Source of the DNA: a virus
Taxonomy: Duplodnaviria; Caudoviricetes
Direction: 5' to 3' (one strand)
Virus record (IMG/VR): IMGVR_UViG_3300031993_000007
DNA: 64,000 nucleotides
Below are positions 19,901-28,659 of this stretch, one piece after another; the first letter of the stretch is position 1; each line of letters opens with the position of its first letter. The notes under the pieces are model-generated. The model saw only the letters and a list, made by a program, of their open reading frames with translations, ran no database searches and had not been told where the DNA came from. The translations under genes and the position numbers were made by a program.

Positions 19901-20759
19901 TTTCCTTGACGTCGCTAACAAAGTTAGAGATAGGAGTCAAAATCGGAGAAAGAGCTTTATCTAAAGCTGCGCTCATCGCAGACATAGCAGTATTTTCTAG
20001 TCTAGCCGCTTGGTCGGCTACAGCCAATCCAACGTTAGTAACTGCTTCTCTGGCGGCTCCGAGGGCTGCTCCAGCTACGGCATCAGTTAATTCCTTTAAG
20101 AAACCTTTTCCTTTGCTCTTTAGATCTTCAGCCAGAGAAAAGGTCTTATTAAGATCTATCCAACAAGCTGCAAAAGTCTCATTTTCAGTCTTCAAGCCAG
20201 CCCAGTAAGAGTATGTCTGGCTAGTTTTGACATTAGCTAAAGGATTGCCAAAATTCCAAGACGGGCCTTTACCGACAGAAGAATTACCGAAAGTCTTGTT
20301 TCTGTTAATGTCACGAGATCTTAAAGCGTCTATGCGCTTTTTGTCTTTTTCTCGTTCTTCATTAAGTTCAGTTCTTCCAGCCTTTACTTGAATGGCATGA
20401 TACTCGTTATCTTTTTCTCCTTCTCCGCTAGTTACATTAGACTGGTCAGGAGCAAATCCGGCAGTTTGGCCGTCATTATCGTCAACATCCAGAGATGTAA
20501 TACTCTTTGGAATAATCTTAGCTTTCTCTTTGAATTCGCTGTGGCTCTTGTCGGCATTCCCAAGATCATTCTGAATGCTCTTGTCTTCACTTTTAATAGC
20601 CTTAAAAAGCGCTTCAGGAGTTTTAGCTAGCTTAGCTTTTGTGGCATCGTCGTTCTGCTTCTTGGTAGCCGAATTGACTTTATCGGCTAGAGCAGATACT
20701 GCACTAGAGGCAGCGGCGGCAGCTGCTGCAATTCCACTGGTGTCCATCATTCCTGGCAT
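16974..20759 (-). CDS. Large virion structural protein (tail/baseplate; C-terminal tube-like domain)
   Basis: 1261 aa; late promoter at 20778-20789; C-terminal FFVKPDLNL..FSVTFYDT..GIFPTS..FSVNF resembles a tail-tube fold; upstream of the wedge gene. Confidence 0.55.
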   Translation of the reverse strand: MPGMMDTSGIAAAAAAASSAVSALADKVNSATKKQNDDATKAKLAKTPEALFKAIKSEDKSIQNDLGNADKSHSEFKEKAKIIPKSITSLDVDDNDGQTAGFAPDQSNVTSGEGEKDNEYHAIQVKAGRTELNEEREKDKKRIDALRSRDINRNKTFGNSSVGKGPSWNFGNPLANVKTSQTYSYWAGLKTENETFAACWIDLNKTFSLAEDLKSKGKGFLKELTDAVAGAALGAAREAVTNVGLAVADQAARLENTAMSAMSAALDKALSPILTPISNFVSDVKETVYGAIESVSKNLNDFIKKDVFGIDKNPIEIKFYQSDAYGKEIKEAVALSNGGNYNLAKNRLAQVYKNVINEEVKRALAEKMSGGSYGPLAKNAGISVNGGSYGELSKSAGVNSNLGAYGPLSSSAGSSVGSGNSYQVLDTGVMATITETYFDNIRPIMSRSETGELDLETTPPPFSELIKRVIETRDPVETLEDPKSAVETVEGTPHSLSDPKESIASASFLAKPMSSGSNTERTNDVLSEILEDVPTYLTDFVSKESGVSTYLAAEVLQSAAKDINTLAWTAADVLCSTGKPMTDEEVMALMDSTRNRFNVLDKVTSIFNQTTAGQQTMEAINTYKPSQLINRFMLSQDSSNIGKGDMLLAATCLMDPQKKSEQIDDGTYLQKIQNLHTQIFKSPSNLGATIGHIKHLCYFDQKDLDAQLLGGVVYNNNETLSNSEVKSKGQPNIIDSLMSISEGVLNENNNFFDKVTGGLVGNTTDDFAPKPLWYGLRDGRQLFGEENLISMFRVNKLIPSGEIDYFQNGLYHLFFVKPDLNLTQNAMSLMGYHNHPLAGEIITQLNYNNNYLLDTWGENFPNTVYTHKGAHPYFSYIFSNLVKSTNIPDLNLDVKEGWENSFGGRTQFGTTTRKSYIGNDFSVTFYDTKELLLMNIITAWMKYIEIMKEGQGDCERKSYNKGTIDYLGAMYYFVMEPDNHTIAHWGRYVGIFPTSAPWSSVKLEGGSADIPEFSVNFKSEYHESNDPNILLDFNYIMRLPAYTGKAGATVDYLKYAQLASIYTSKGRRSTNDANLLGGPTRSENRAYVRMTPPITNAKAGESWGFSSSVPFKFVLEFESNMTAADAAEGLRKKTDAKITAGFDSSPDTDISATAVSQTQATVAETVGVARLDPPNLYDKSAKITYFDKLGHQLGEEYGSGQTIGSVGWEPLAGDESGRTAIDSKYRVKIVNAFIRPADTGTSFGNDQKAIQAALGGLMSLI

Positions 20760-20777
20760 ATAAAATTCCTTTGAATC

Positions 20778-20789
20778 TAATATGGAGTT
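20778..20789 (-). promoter_or_regulatory. Putative late promoter AACT-N6-TA
   Basis: AACTccatatTA on the minus strand. Confidence 0.6.
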
Positions 20790-20808
20790 TTTAATACTGA
20801 AATACCCT

Positions 20809-20816
20809 TATATTAC
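20809..20816 (+). promoter_or_regulatory. Putative early (virion RNAP) promoter TATATTAC
   Basis: Matches the phiKZ-type early motif; TATATTA recurs at 33227, 54431 (+) and 38688, 40667, 47029 (-). Confidence 0.55.
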
Positions 20817-20817
20817 T

Positions 20818-21418
20818 ATAAGCTGAATACGTGCTATATCAGCTTAGCTAATAAATTGGATCCGTCCTGAATCTTTTGCCGCCTATCCGGCGGAGCTAAC
20901 ACAAGGAGATTTTATGTATAAGACCATACCTAAATGTCTAACATCCTAGCAATTTTGGAAACCTTCCTCAAGGGTTTCTTAGATCGATAGGCACGTTGGC
21001 TTGAGATATAGTCCGTGACCCCTGACATCCATAGTGGTGGCTTGTAACTTGAGAATTTTGACTGATGGGCCGTTACTCATCCAGGACGGTCACAGATAAT
21101 TGTGCTTGGTTATAGCTACAACCGTCGGACAGCACTCTGCGAAATTTTTTAAAAGTACAGAACTGAAGCAAAGGTAGACTAGCCGTGGCCATTAACGGAT
21201 TGCTACGTTAATAGGTATCAAGAAAGTGACCGGGTGTCATCCCGGAAGATCCACATCGGTTAATCTCTCTGGAGAGGGAATTACAATGCCGGAGCTTGTG
21301 TGGCAGTTTCAGATGTACTACGATTCTGGGTACTGGCAGCTCAGAATTAGTTGTAGGATAATCAAGATTAGATTACTGTGAAAACGGGCCGGATCAACCC
21401 GGTTCCGTTCTTTTTTTA
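20818..21418 (+). ncRNA. Candidate large structured non-coding RNA (~590 nt)
   Basis: No ORF of 60 aa or more in a gene-dense genome; bounded by a promoter motif and a terminator; many hairpins and a long-range helix ccgtcctg(20862)/caggacgg(21082). Confidence 0.6.
21382..21418 (+). terminator. Intrinsic terminator
   Basis: aacgggccgg-atcaac-ccggttccgtt followed by a T-tract. Confidence 0.7.
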
Positions 21419-21470
21419 TTTAGAGTAATAGGAAACTCATTATTGTCAAAAATTTAACAAGGTTATAATC

Positions 21471-22985
21471 ATGGCTATTTCTATAATTGGCGATATCATT
21501 AAAGAAATTCGCGGTTTGATTAATGACAATTCTACCGGCGAAGCTAGAGCCACGTCCAAAGAAGTTACTAATCTTATTGCTGGACGTCAAGTCTTCCGCT
21601 TAGATGCTTCCATTGCTCGTCAAGCTCGCAGAAATACCGCAGTATTTCCAATTCTTGCGGTAGACTCAGTAGAACCTGAGCAGCTTTTTAAGCTTCAGAA
21701 ACGTCTCGAAGCTAATATCGCTTCCATGCTCCTACTATGCGTTCAGAATGGAAATGACATGATTGACATGACCACTCCTGACGGAAAGCGTCAATTCATC
21801 GATATGTACACTGGCGGTGGTCAGGGTCTGATGGAAGACGGAATTCCCGGATTGAGCGGTGTTGTAGGATCTGAAGGTTCTAATCCGCTTTTGAATCCTC
21901 GCAATTTCCAGAAAGCTGCTAAGGCTGCATTCGACGTCTTGAACAATGACTTTGAGAATGATCTGGACATGAGCCTCATCTCTTATCCGAAGCTTGGTTG
22001 GTATGATGATGCCTCCAATCTTGGATCCAATGGCGTTGGAACCGTAGCTCCGGTCTCCAGTCCAGCTCCAGCAGGTGGCGTTACCACTTGGAATCCGCAA
22101 GATGAAGAAGCTGAAGATTCCGACTCTCCGAGCGCAGATGACTTTATGGAAATCGGCTCTGAAGCCTATGGTGGTCGCCGTGCTCTGGGTAACGAAGAAC
22201 GCAAAGAGGCCGCAAATCGTAGAAAAGAAGCTCGCAGATCTACTGTCGATGATGTCGAAGAAGACAGAGAAGCCAAAGACAAAGAGAATAAAGCCAGAAG
22301 TGAAGGCTGGGAAAAGGAGATGGGCAAGATCCAAAAGAAGGGTGACGACTCTGAACCTACAGTGGTGAGTGTTGAAGTCCTTCTCAAGGATGAGCACGGC
22401 TACGCAGGCAAGACCAATATGGCCTTTGGCGTTAAGACCACTCTCCATATGTTCCAAGCTTCTGAAATGGCTGAAGCTATCAAGGACACTTACTCTGAAT
22501 CTAGCCTCTTGATCCGTTTGATTCGTTGGCGTGCTGGTGAGCTTTCTTTCATTAAGGACGTGCTCCTTAATATGAAAGAAATTAAGCAGACAGTTTCTGC
22601 CAAGCTGAACCGCCGTAATCAAACTGGCCCGAAGGCTATCTTCGCAAGTATGCGATTCAAGATTAAGAATGCCGTCATGTCTAGTGCCGCAGCAACCAAG
22701 GATGGAAAACTTCTTCCGACTGCTATCTTGTGCGTGACTATGGACGAAGTCGAAGAAGTTCGCAGAACTTGTGGTAAAGATTTCTTCAAGAAGATGAAAG
22801 ATGCTCGTGAACTGTGTGAAAAGCTCGGTTTGTTTGGTATTGTTATCGTGGAATCGGCATCTAACTCTTACTACAGCTTCTTTGATGATGGCGCAGTAAG
22901 CTACACCAAGAACACCTTGAAGAAAGAAAGCAAGAACGATGATGAAGGCATTCTCCGTGCCGTATTTGGAGCGCTGAAGCGCTAA
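21471..22985 (+). CDS. Putative virion structural protein
   Basis: 504 aa; late promoter at 21434-21445; GSE|G and GSE|A candidate cleavage sites. Confidence 0.6.
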   Translation: MAISIIGDIIKEIRGLINDNSTGEARATSKEVTNLIAGRQVFRLDASIARQARRNTAVFPILAVDSVEPEQLFKLQKRLEANIASMLLLCVQNGNDMIDMTTPDGKRQFIDMYTGGGQGLMEDGIPGLSGVVGSEGSNPLLNPRNFQKAAKAAFDVLNNDFENDLDMSLISYPKLGWYDDASNLGSNGVGTVAPVSSPAPAGGVTTWNPQDEEAEDSDSPSADDFMEIGSEAYGGRRALGNEERKEAANRRKEARRSTVDDVEEDREAKDKENKARSEGWEKEMGKIQKKGDDSEPTVVSVEVLLKDEHGYAGKTNMAFGVKTTLHMFQASEMAEAIKDTYSESSLLIRLIRWRAGELSFIKDVLLNMKEIKQTVSAKLNRRNQTGPKAIFASMRFKIKNAVMSSAAATKDGKLLPTAILCVTMDEVEEVRRTCGKDFFKKMKDARELCEKLGLFGIVIVESASNSYYSFFDDGAVSYTKNTLKKESKNDDEGILRAVFGALKR

Positions 22986-22989
22986 AGGA

Positions 22990-24012
22990 TTGAAAATGGA
23001 ACTCGGATACGATTCTGTCATTAAAAGCATTCCTTACTTCGAAAATAAGGAAATTGCTCTAGAAGCCACTAATATCTTTGGCTCTTTGATGAATGTTTGC
23101 AACAAGCTTGTTAACCGGACTGTAAAGGCTCTGGTTAAAAACAAGTCTGACAAGGTTCTCAAGGATATCTCCAAGAGTGGTGGCGACATCAAGAAGTGTT
23201 CCTTCTACAAAGACAGCAAGATTTGCATGGATGCTCTCGTTATGATGTCTCGTCGTGGCGGAGGTGGAAAGAAGTTTATTCTTGATCTGGTGGCGATCCA
23301 CGATTGGCTGATCTCTAGCTCCAAAGAGCTCAAAAACATTTGTAGCAAGCGGACTACCAATCATGTTGGAAACCAGTTCTACATCTCTATGGTCATGGCT
23401 TGGGCATACGGTGTATCGGTGGGTATCGTTACTTGTACAACGACTGGCAGCACTGGCGTGATCACTTGGGAAAAGCAGGACAAGGTTTCTAAGACTAAGT
23501 ATGGCCAGATGATCCACAAGCTGGCTACCTGCGTTCGTAACGGAAAGCTAGACGACGCTATCAAGCGTGTAGCTTCTACTAAGAATGCTAGCGAAAGCGG
23601 CTTAGCCTTTGCAGCTGTGGTTGCCGTTGGTGGCGCTCTCTTGCTTCTTTACTTTGTTCGCTACATCATCATGCGATTCTTTGAACTCCGTGGTGGAATT
23701 GCGGACTGGCTTCGTAATCAGAGCTACTTCGTGAAGCTCATCTCTGATAACAACAAAGGTATCACTGAAGAACAGCGTGCCAAGCAGCAAGAAGATGGCA
23801 AGATGCTTGAAAAGCTTGCTGAAAAGATTGACGTTGACCTTAAGGAAGAAGACGATGTTCCGGATTCTTCTGACATGTTCAATCGTGAATCCGAAGCTGT
23901 GGTAAGCGAAGCTCAGAAACCAGCTCCGAGTCAAGTAGAATCCTTTATGGGTCAGGATAATCCTCCTGAGTCCAATGGGCCTAGCGTTCCGGTATCCGGC
24001 CTAGACTTCTAG
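22990..24012 (+). CDS. Putative virion protein with one hydrophobic helix
   Basis: 340 aa; ALE|A and ASE|S sites; hydrophobic segment LAFAAVVAVGGALLLLYFV. Confidence 0.6.
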   Translation: MKMELGYDSVIKSIPYFENKEIALEATNIFGSLMNVCNKLVNRTVKALVKNKSDKVLKDISKSGGDIKKCSFYKDSKICMDALVMMSRRGGGGKKFILDLVAIHDWLISSSKELKNICSKRTTNHVGNQFYISMVMAWAYGVSVGIVTCTTTGSTGVITWEKQDKVSKTKYGQMIHKLATCVRNGKLDDAIKRVASTKNASESGLAFAAVVAVGGALLLLYFVRYIIMRFFELRGGIADWLRNQSYFVKLISDNNKGITEEQRAKQQEDGKMLEKLAEKIDVDLKEEDDVPDSSDMFNRESEAVVSEAQKPAPSQVESFMGQDNPPESNGPSVPVSGLDF

Positions 24013-24075
24013 CGTATATGCCGTAGCTTGAATGGCTACGGCATAACACTTTATTGAAATAGAAGGTATTTATCT

Positions 24076-24951
24076 ATGAAAAAAGATTTTAAATTTCTAG
24101 AAATTACGGCTGCGTCTAGTGGTCGCCAGAAGATCATTGACGAAATGCTCAGCTCTGCTAAAGAAGTAGAGAAGAGCTGGAAGATCGCTCGTGAAGGTGG
24201 CGACCTTGTAGAAGTCGAAGAACAGAATACCAAGCTTTCGAGTTCTAATGCTGTTATCATTCAGGCTATCATGCTTGACTGTGGCAAAGTATTTGGCGAA
24301 ATCGCTGAGTATCTTGAAGACAGCCTTATTCGTCTCGATGAAGGTCGTTCGATCAATGCCATTCAGACTGAAGAATCTCGCAAGAAACGTGTAGAATTCT
24401 CTATCTACCCGTGCGAACCGATCTACTATGTCTTTGAAAACATGAGCAAGATCACCAAGGATTTCTGTCAGTACTCCAATCTTCTTGGTAACGCCATCAA
24501 GAATCTTCTATCTGGATCTATGGAAAACCAGTGCGAAAAGGTTCAAGAAGCCGAATCGGCTTGCAAGGAATTCATTAGCTTTGTGAACATGGAAAAGATC
24601 TTTAAGGTCTCTCTCTATGACACAATGACTCCGTATCCTGAAGCCATGAGCAGCGGCGATGCAGTTATCTTTGCTCGCAAGCTGTCTGAAGCTCTCAGGG
24701 TCTTTATCCAAGATGGATTATCTCTCTGCGAAAAATTCAAGATTTTCTCTAAGCGTTTCTCGGCATCAGAGAATATGCCAGCCTTCCATGACATGAGCAT
24801 GGAATGCCGGAAATTGTTCTTTGTGTTGTGTCGAGCAATCAGGTCTATGACTCCTGCGTTGCTTACGATGTCTAGGAATTTTGTCAAGGCCATGCACATG
24901 GCTAACGAAAATTTCTGGTACATCAAGACCACCGTTGAAACGACAATTTAG
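24076..24951 (+). CDS. Hypothetical late protein
   Basis: 291 aa; AACActttatTG promoter at 24045-24056. Confidence 0.7.
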   Translation: MKKDFKFLEITAASSGRQKIIDEMLSSAKEVEKSWKIAREGGDLVEVEEQNTKLSSSNAVIIQAIMLDCGKVFGEIAEYLEDSLIRLDEGRSINAIQTEESRKKRVEFSIYPCEPIYYVFENMSKITKDFCQYSNLLGNAIKNLLSGSMENQCEKVQEAESACKEFISFVNMEKIFKVSLYDTMTPYPEAMSSGDAVIFARKLSEALRVFIQDGLSLCEKFKIFSKRFSASENMPAFHDMSMECRKLFFVLCRAIRSMTPALLTMSRNFVKAMHMANENFWYIKTTVETTI

Positions 24952-24988
24952 GAATAAGTCCCGTAGCCTTCGTGGCTACGGGATAATT

Positions 24989-26323
24989 TTATACTCGGAC
25001 GATACTGAATTTGGTAATGAGCTTCATGAGCTTTCCAGAATCCCGAACGTCTTCGCTAGGTTCTACAGAGATAAAGGTGTGCTTATTATTTAGTAAGCGA
25101 TATTCACCAGTGTAATCTCGGTTTACGTCGTAATCAAATTTTATCTTGATATTCTTTGCGATATCAAATAGATTCATGTCGCTGTTGTCTACGTCTATCG
25201 TGATGGCTTCTACGACTTCATTGATTTCCATAGCTACAGCGGATCCAAGATCTTCTCTGTTGATTCCACTCCAGAAGTATTTTTCCTTAGGCTTAAAGTC
25301 GCTCTTTACACCACCTCCACCGGGAATATCATTCTGACTGTTTTTGAAGTTCAGAGTAATCTTTTCGCCAAAGATCTCTTTTAGAGTGACATCCTTTATG
25401 GCTATAACTGGTCTGGATACAGTGTAAATGGTAGCTTGATCTTTGTCTATAGCTGTAGATTTAAACATTCCAGATTGAGGGCCGCTAGTACTTCCGTTCT
25501 GAAATACGATTGTAATATCAGTTACAGGATCTTCCTGGCTCTTTACTTTTTCGACTCTATCACAGATTGTCAAGGCATCAACGCTAGTAAAATAGATAGC
25601 TCCGTTCTTATAAATCCCGTAGTTGGTATCAAGATACTCGATGGCATCTTGGAAATTCATTGGAGGAATTAGGATCTGTTCATACTTCTGAGTGTTAGAA
25701 GGCTTACCAACGCAGATCCTCTTGTTTCGACTACTCTTTGAAATCAGGTATTGAAGTACGTCGCCAACTGTTGCATCCTTTGCAATAAAATTGAACAGAT
25801 TTCGGTTAGAATTAAAGCCATCTTCGTCTACCAAAGCAAATGTAACTCTGGTTATGCTGTCTGAAGTGGAAGTATTTGTCGGTTCTTTGCCAGATGCGTC
25901 TTCAGATGGAGCAGCTTTAGGAATTCCTACGATGATAAACGGCTTATCTTTCCAAATCGAAACTGGCTTTCTGTCTGTATTCCGATCGATCGATTCATAT
26001 CTGTCGATAGACAAAATGATTCTAGTATTCCTATAGTCATCTTGAAATGATCTGTATATACTAGATGAAATTCCAAGTGTCAGGTTACAAGAGCAGATGT
26101 CTGCTTTGTCATACATTTCGATCAGATCCATGCTGATGATGTAGTCGCTCAAAGGAATGCTCTCGTCATTCTTTTCCTTGAGATACTTTACCTCGGCTTT
26201 TCCGGTTATACGATAAGTATAGGCTTTAGCATTAATGCTAATTGGAGATAGATTTCGTTTTTGGGCTTTAGATAGAGACGCATTAGAGGATCCGCTATCT
26301 TTAAGACTAATGTTACCTGCCAT
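24989..26323 (-). CDS. Putative baseplate hub protein (gp27-like)
   Basis: 444 aa, beta-rich; ILIPPMNFQDAIEYL..YGIY; structural gene neighbourhood. Confidence 0.4.
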   Translation of the reverse strand: MAGNISLKDSGSSNASLSKAQKRNLSPISINAKAYTYRITGKAEVKYLKEKNDESIPLSDYIISMDLIEMYDKADICSCNLTLGISSSIYRSFQDDYRNTRIILSIDRYESIDRNTDRKPVSIWKDKPFIIVGIPKAAPSEDASGKEPTNTSTSDSITRVTFALVDEDGFNSNRNLFNFIAKDATVGDVLQYLISKSSRNKRICVGKPSNTQKYEQILIPPMNFQDAIEYLDTNYGIYKNGAIYFTSVDALTICDRVEKVKSQEDPVTDITIVFQNGSTSGPQSGMFKSTAIDKDQATIYTVSRPVIAIKDVTLKEIFGEKITLNFKNSQNDIPGGGGVKSDFKPKEKYFWSGINREDLGSAVAMEINEVVEAITIDVDNSDMNLFDIAKNIKIKFDYDVNRDYTGEYRLLNNKHTFISVEPSEDVRDSGKLMKLITKFSIVRV

Positions 26324-27293
26324 AATTAGGATCGCCTATTAAAAGGTTTTCGATATCAATGGGGAATATAGAGAACCATTCTCTATTTATTTTCTTGAGA
26401 CTTTCAATATCGTGCAAGTCTGTAAGCTGACTTAAAATCTCTGCCTTGTAGCTTGGAGTAATAGTACTAAGTCTGAATCTGTTAAAGTCAAAGTCATTGA
26501 AATTCTTCTGATAAATATCTAGACCTTCTTGACCAAACTTTTCGAGTACAGCTTCTTCTACGGATTTTCCGTTTAAAGATTTAAGGAATTTTCCAGCCTT
26601 GGCCATTCGCATAGAACCTACACCCGGATAATCGGGGCGACATCCAGACAGAGCCATCAACTCTTCAGGTCTGTTGGCTCCAGCCATAGCATCGCTATAA
26701 GACTCTCTAGTGACAACTCCAGTTCCACGTTTGCCATTCAAGAATACGCCGTATCTAGCTTCAGATCCTCTGCATAGCAACAGCGGAATATCCTCACTAG
26801 CAATTCCAAAGACCAGATTGCACTCATCCTTAAACGTGATGCAGCTCAGAAGTGTCATGATGCTGAATCTGGATCCTACACCCTTCGTATCTACAAAGTA
26901 GGTTCCGGGTAGGTACTTGGTTATCATCTTGAGGAAATTGATTTCGCTTTCAATGTATCCAGCTGAAATCTTTGTCTCTTCATTCTTTCCAAAAGATGAA
27001 ATCTCATCAGAACTTGCGCAGAAGAATATGCTAGGAACCTTACCAAACTTCCAGAAGAAATGTCTGTAATAGCTTGCAAAACTCAATACTCCGGACACAA
27101 ACTCCATAGTCTGAAACTCATGGTGCTTGCTGTGCAAAACCATCTCGTAGAATTTCCTCATATCCAAGAAGATATGGGTCTTGAGATTCCAGTTGAAGTT
27201 AACTGCGTTGAAAGCGTCATAAAGCAATTCAAATTTTGCTTTTCTAAAGTCGAATAAGTCTCTAAGACTCGTGAATATTTCAGGTTTCATCAT
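26313..27293 (-). CDS. 5'-3' exonuclease/FEN-like protein, possibly degenerate
   Basis: N-terminal HIFLD, H3TH-like MALSGC..DYPGVGSM.MAKA.KFL; several catalytic acidic residues are not obvious. Confidence 0.45.
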   Translation of the reverse strand: MMKPEIFTSLRDLFDFRKAKFELLYDAFNAVNFNWNLKTHIFLDMRKFYEMVLHSKHHEFQTMEFVSGVLSFASYYRHFFWKFGKVPSIFFCASSDEISSFGKNEETKISAGYIESEINFLKMITKYLPGTYFVDTKGVGSRFSIMTLLSCITFKDECNLVFGIASEDIPLLLCRGSEARYGVFLNGKRGTGVVTRESYSDAMAGANRPEELMALSGCRPDYPGVGSMRMAKAGKFLKSLNGKSVEEAVLEKFGQEGLDIYQKNFNDFDFNRFRLSTITPSYKAEILSQLTDLHDIESLKKINREWFSIFPIDIENLLIGDPNYGR

Positions 27294-27352
27294 AGCAATT
27301 CAACGTTCCAGCGGAGAAAAGATCCCAGAGCCCGTCTGGCTCTGGGAGGTGC

Positions 27353-28093
27353 TTAAGCCTTGTCGGGGTTTTCGGACTTCAGCAATTCCGCTAGGTCTTC
27401 ATAATTTTTGTCCAAGACCTTAACATATTTAAGCTTTCGCCTAGCTACTTCGTGATCTTTAGCATTCTCAATGTCCAAATCACGTTTGCGATAATGCTTG
27501 TTATCTTCACTCTTAATCTCTACAACGAGTTTAAGACTTTCGATATAAGCATCAGGAATGTAGAAATGCTTCGTTCTGTCTCTTGGAGAGATATAGTCGA
27601 TCACAAATGGACACGGCATGAAGATATCTTTAGGATCCCAGTCCATCTGAAGATCCATAAATCTGATGAAGTCTAGCTCATAACTTCCAGTATATTCAAA
27701 GCTGCGTTTAGGATCCGAACTCCACTGGTATTTTCCGCTGATCTTTCGTCCAGCAAGCATCTTCTTTTGAACTTCAGGATCTTTAAGTAAAGTTTCCTTG
27801 CCATAAGTCTTCATCATGCGCTGAACGAATATCCTACGAAATTCTAGTCTTTCAGCATCATCACGGAGTCTTTCGTATCTTCCGGCTTGTTCATTCCAAG
27901 CTGTAGGCTTTCCACTTAGAATACTCTTTCCAAATTTGTTATTCTGAGGAAGACCATTTCTAATGTTAAACAACCATTGTTTAGTGGTTACACCTTTAGG
28001 AACACAACCAGGATGCTTATCTTCAATATGGTCTATTACCGAATCTAAGGTAACGTATGTTTTAGGACATATAGGGCATTTAAATTTTTTCAT
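27353..28093 (-). CDS. C2H2 Zn-finger plus PD-(D/E)xK (TnsA/T4 gp4-like) nuclease
   Basis: CPIC..HIEDKH; YTGSYE..F, YIPDAY..VVEIK; late promoter at 28124-28135 supports ATG 28093. Confidence 0.7.
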   Translation of the reverse strand: MKKFKCPICPKTYVTLDSVIDHIEDKHPGCVPKGVTTKQWLFNIRNGLPQNNKFGKSILSGKPTAWNEQAGRYERLRDDAERLEFRRIFVQRMMKTYGKETLLKDPEVQKKMLAGRKISGKYQWSSDPKRSFEYTGSYELDFIRFMDLQMDWDPKDIFMPCPFVIDYISPRDRTKHFYIPDAYIESLKLVVEIKSEDNKHYRKRDLDIENAKDHEVARRKLKYVKVLDKNYEDLAELLKSENPDKA

Positions 28094-28191
28094 AATAGAT
28101 CCGGTTTTAATCCTTTTATATTTCAATCTATAGTTTTTCTATAAGAACTATGAAAATTTTGTTATCCAACTCTATAATACAAGGTATAATT

Positions 28192-28608
28192 ATGGCAGTA
28201 GAAGCTACATTTCAAATTAATGCAAAAAACAAGAATATCGTGATAGACGATATTCGAGCTATTGCTATCAGACTTAACAATCTTATAGCAAGCAAGAGTA
28301 ATGGACTTCCGAACAACAGCGAAATCAACGCTGGAGTCCATAGTTACCAAATGGAAGAAGCTAATAGCACTAACTTAGCCTTAATTCGTGAGTCCATAAA
28401 TGACGCTATCAGCAAGTACATAAAGGAAGGCTCTCCTTCTGTAAATGTCGCTTATGTTGATCCGCCAGAAGGATCTCTAGAACTCAGAAAGATGCTTCAA
28501 GTCAAAGTGACAGTAGCCAATACCGGGGCTACCGGATACAGCACCATTGTAATGAATTTAAGCCAAAGCTCTGGTCGTTTAGTAATGAACGACATTAACG
28601 TGGTATAA
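28192..28608 (+). CDS. gp25-like baseplate wedge/sheath initiator
   Basis: RLNNLI....GLP....GV..Y.ME...IRESI..AI.KY pattern; size fits; promoter at 28168-28179 and AAGG RBS support ATG 28192. Confidence 0.55.
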   Translation: MAVEATFQINAKNKNIVIDDIRAIAIRLNNLIASKSNGLPNNSEINAGVHSYQMEEANSTNLALIRESINDAISKYIKEGSPSVNVAYVDPPEGSLELRKMLQVKVTVANTGATGYSTIVMNLSQSSGRLVMNDINVV

Positions 28609-28659
28609 ACAGTCTCATCAAACATTCTAATTGAATTAGCACCTAACCAAGGATAATCA

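Noticed and set aside
21003-21014. Group I intron S-like element GAGATATAGTCC in the ncRNA region
   Set aside because: No interrupted gene and no P/Q/R elements in the correct upstream order; treated as chance unless a covariance model says otherwise.
20818-21418. tmRNA, RNase P, tRNA or CRISPR array in the long intergenic gap
   Set aside because: No tRNA-like ends, no GAGGAAAGUCC motif, no cloverleaf, no regularly spaced direct repeats.
21735-23030. Long antisense ORFs (also 13233-14237, 29098-30393, 47174-48331, 60696-62003, 62117-63082)
   Set aside because: They mirror strongly codon-biased sense genes, lack RBS and motifs, and have unnatural composition; shadow ORFs.
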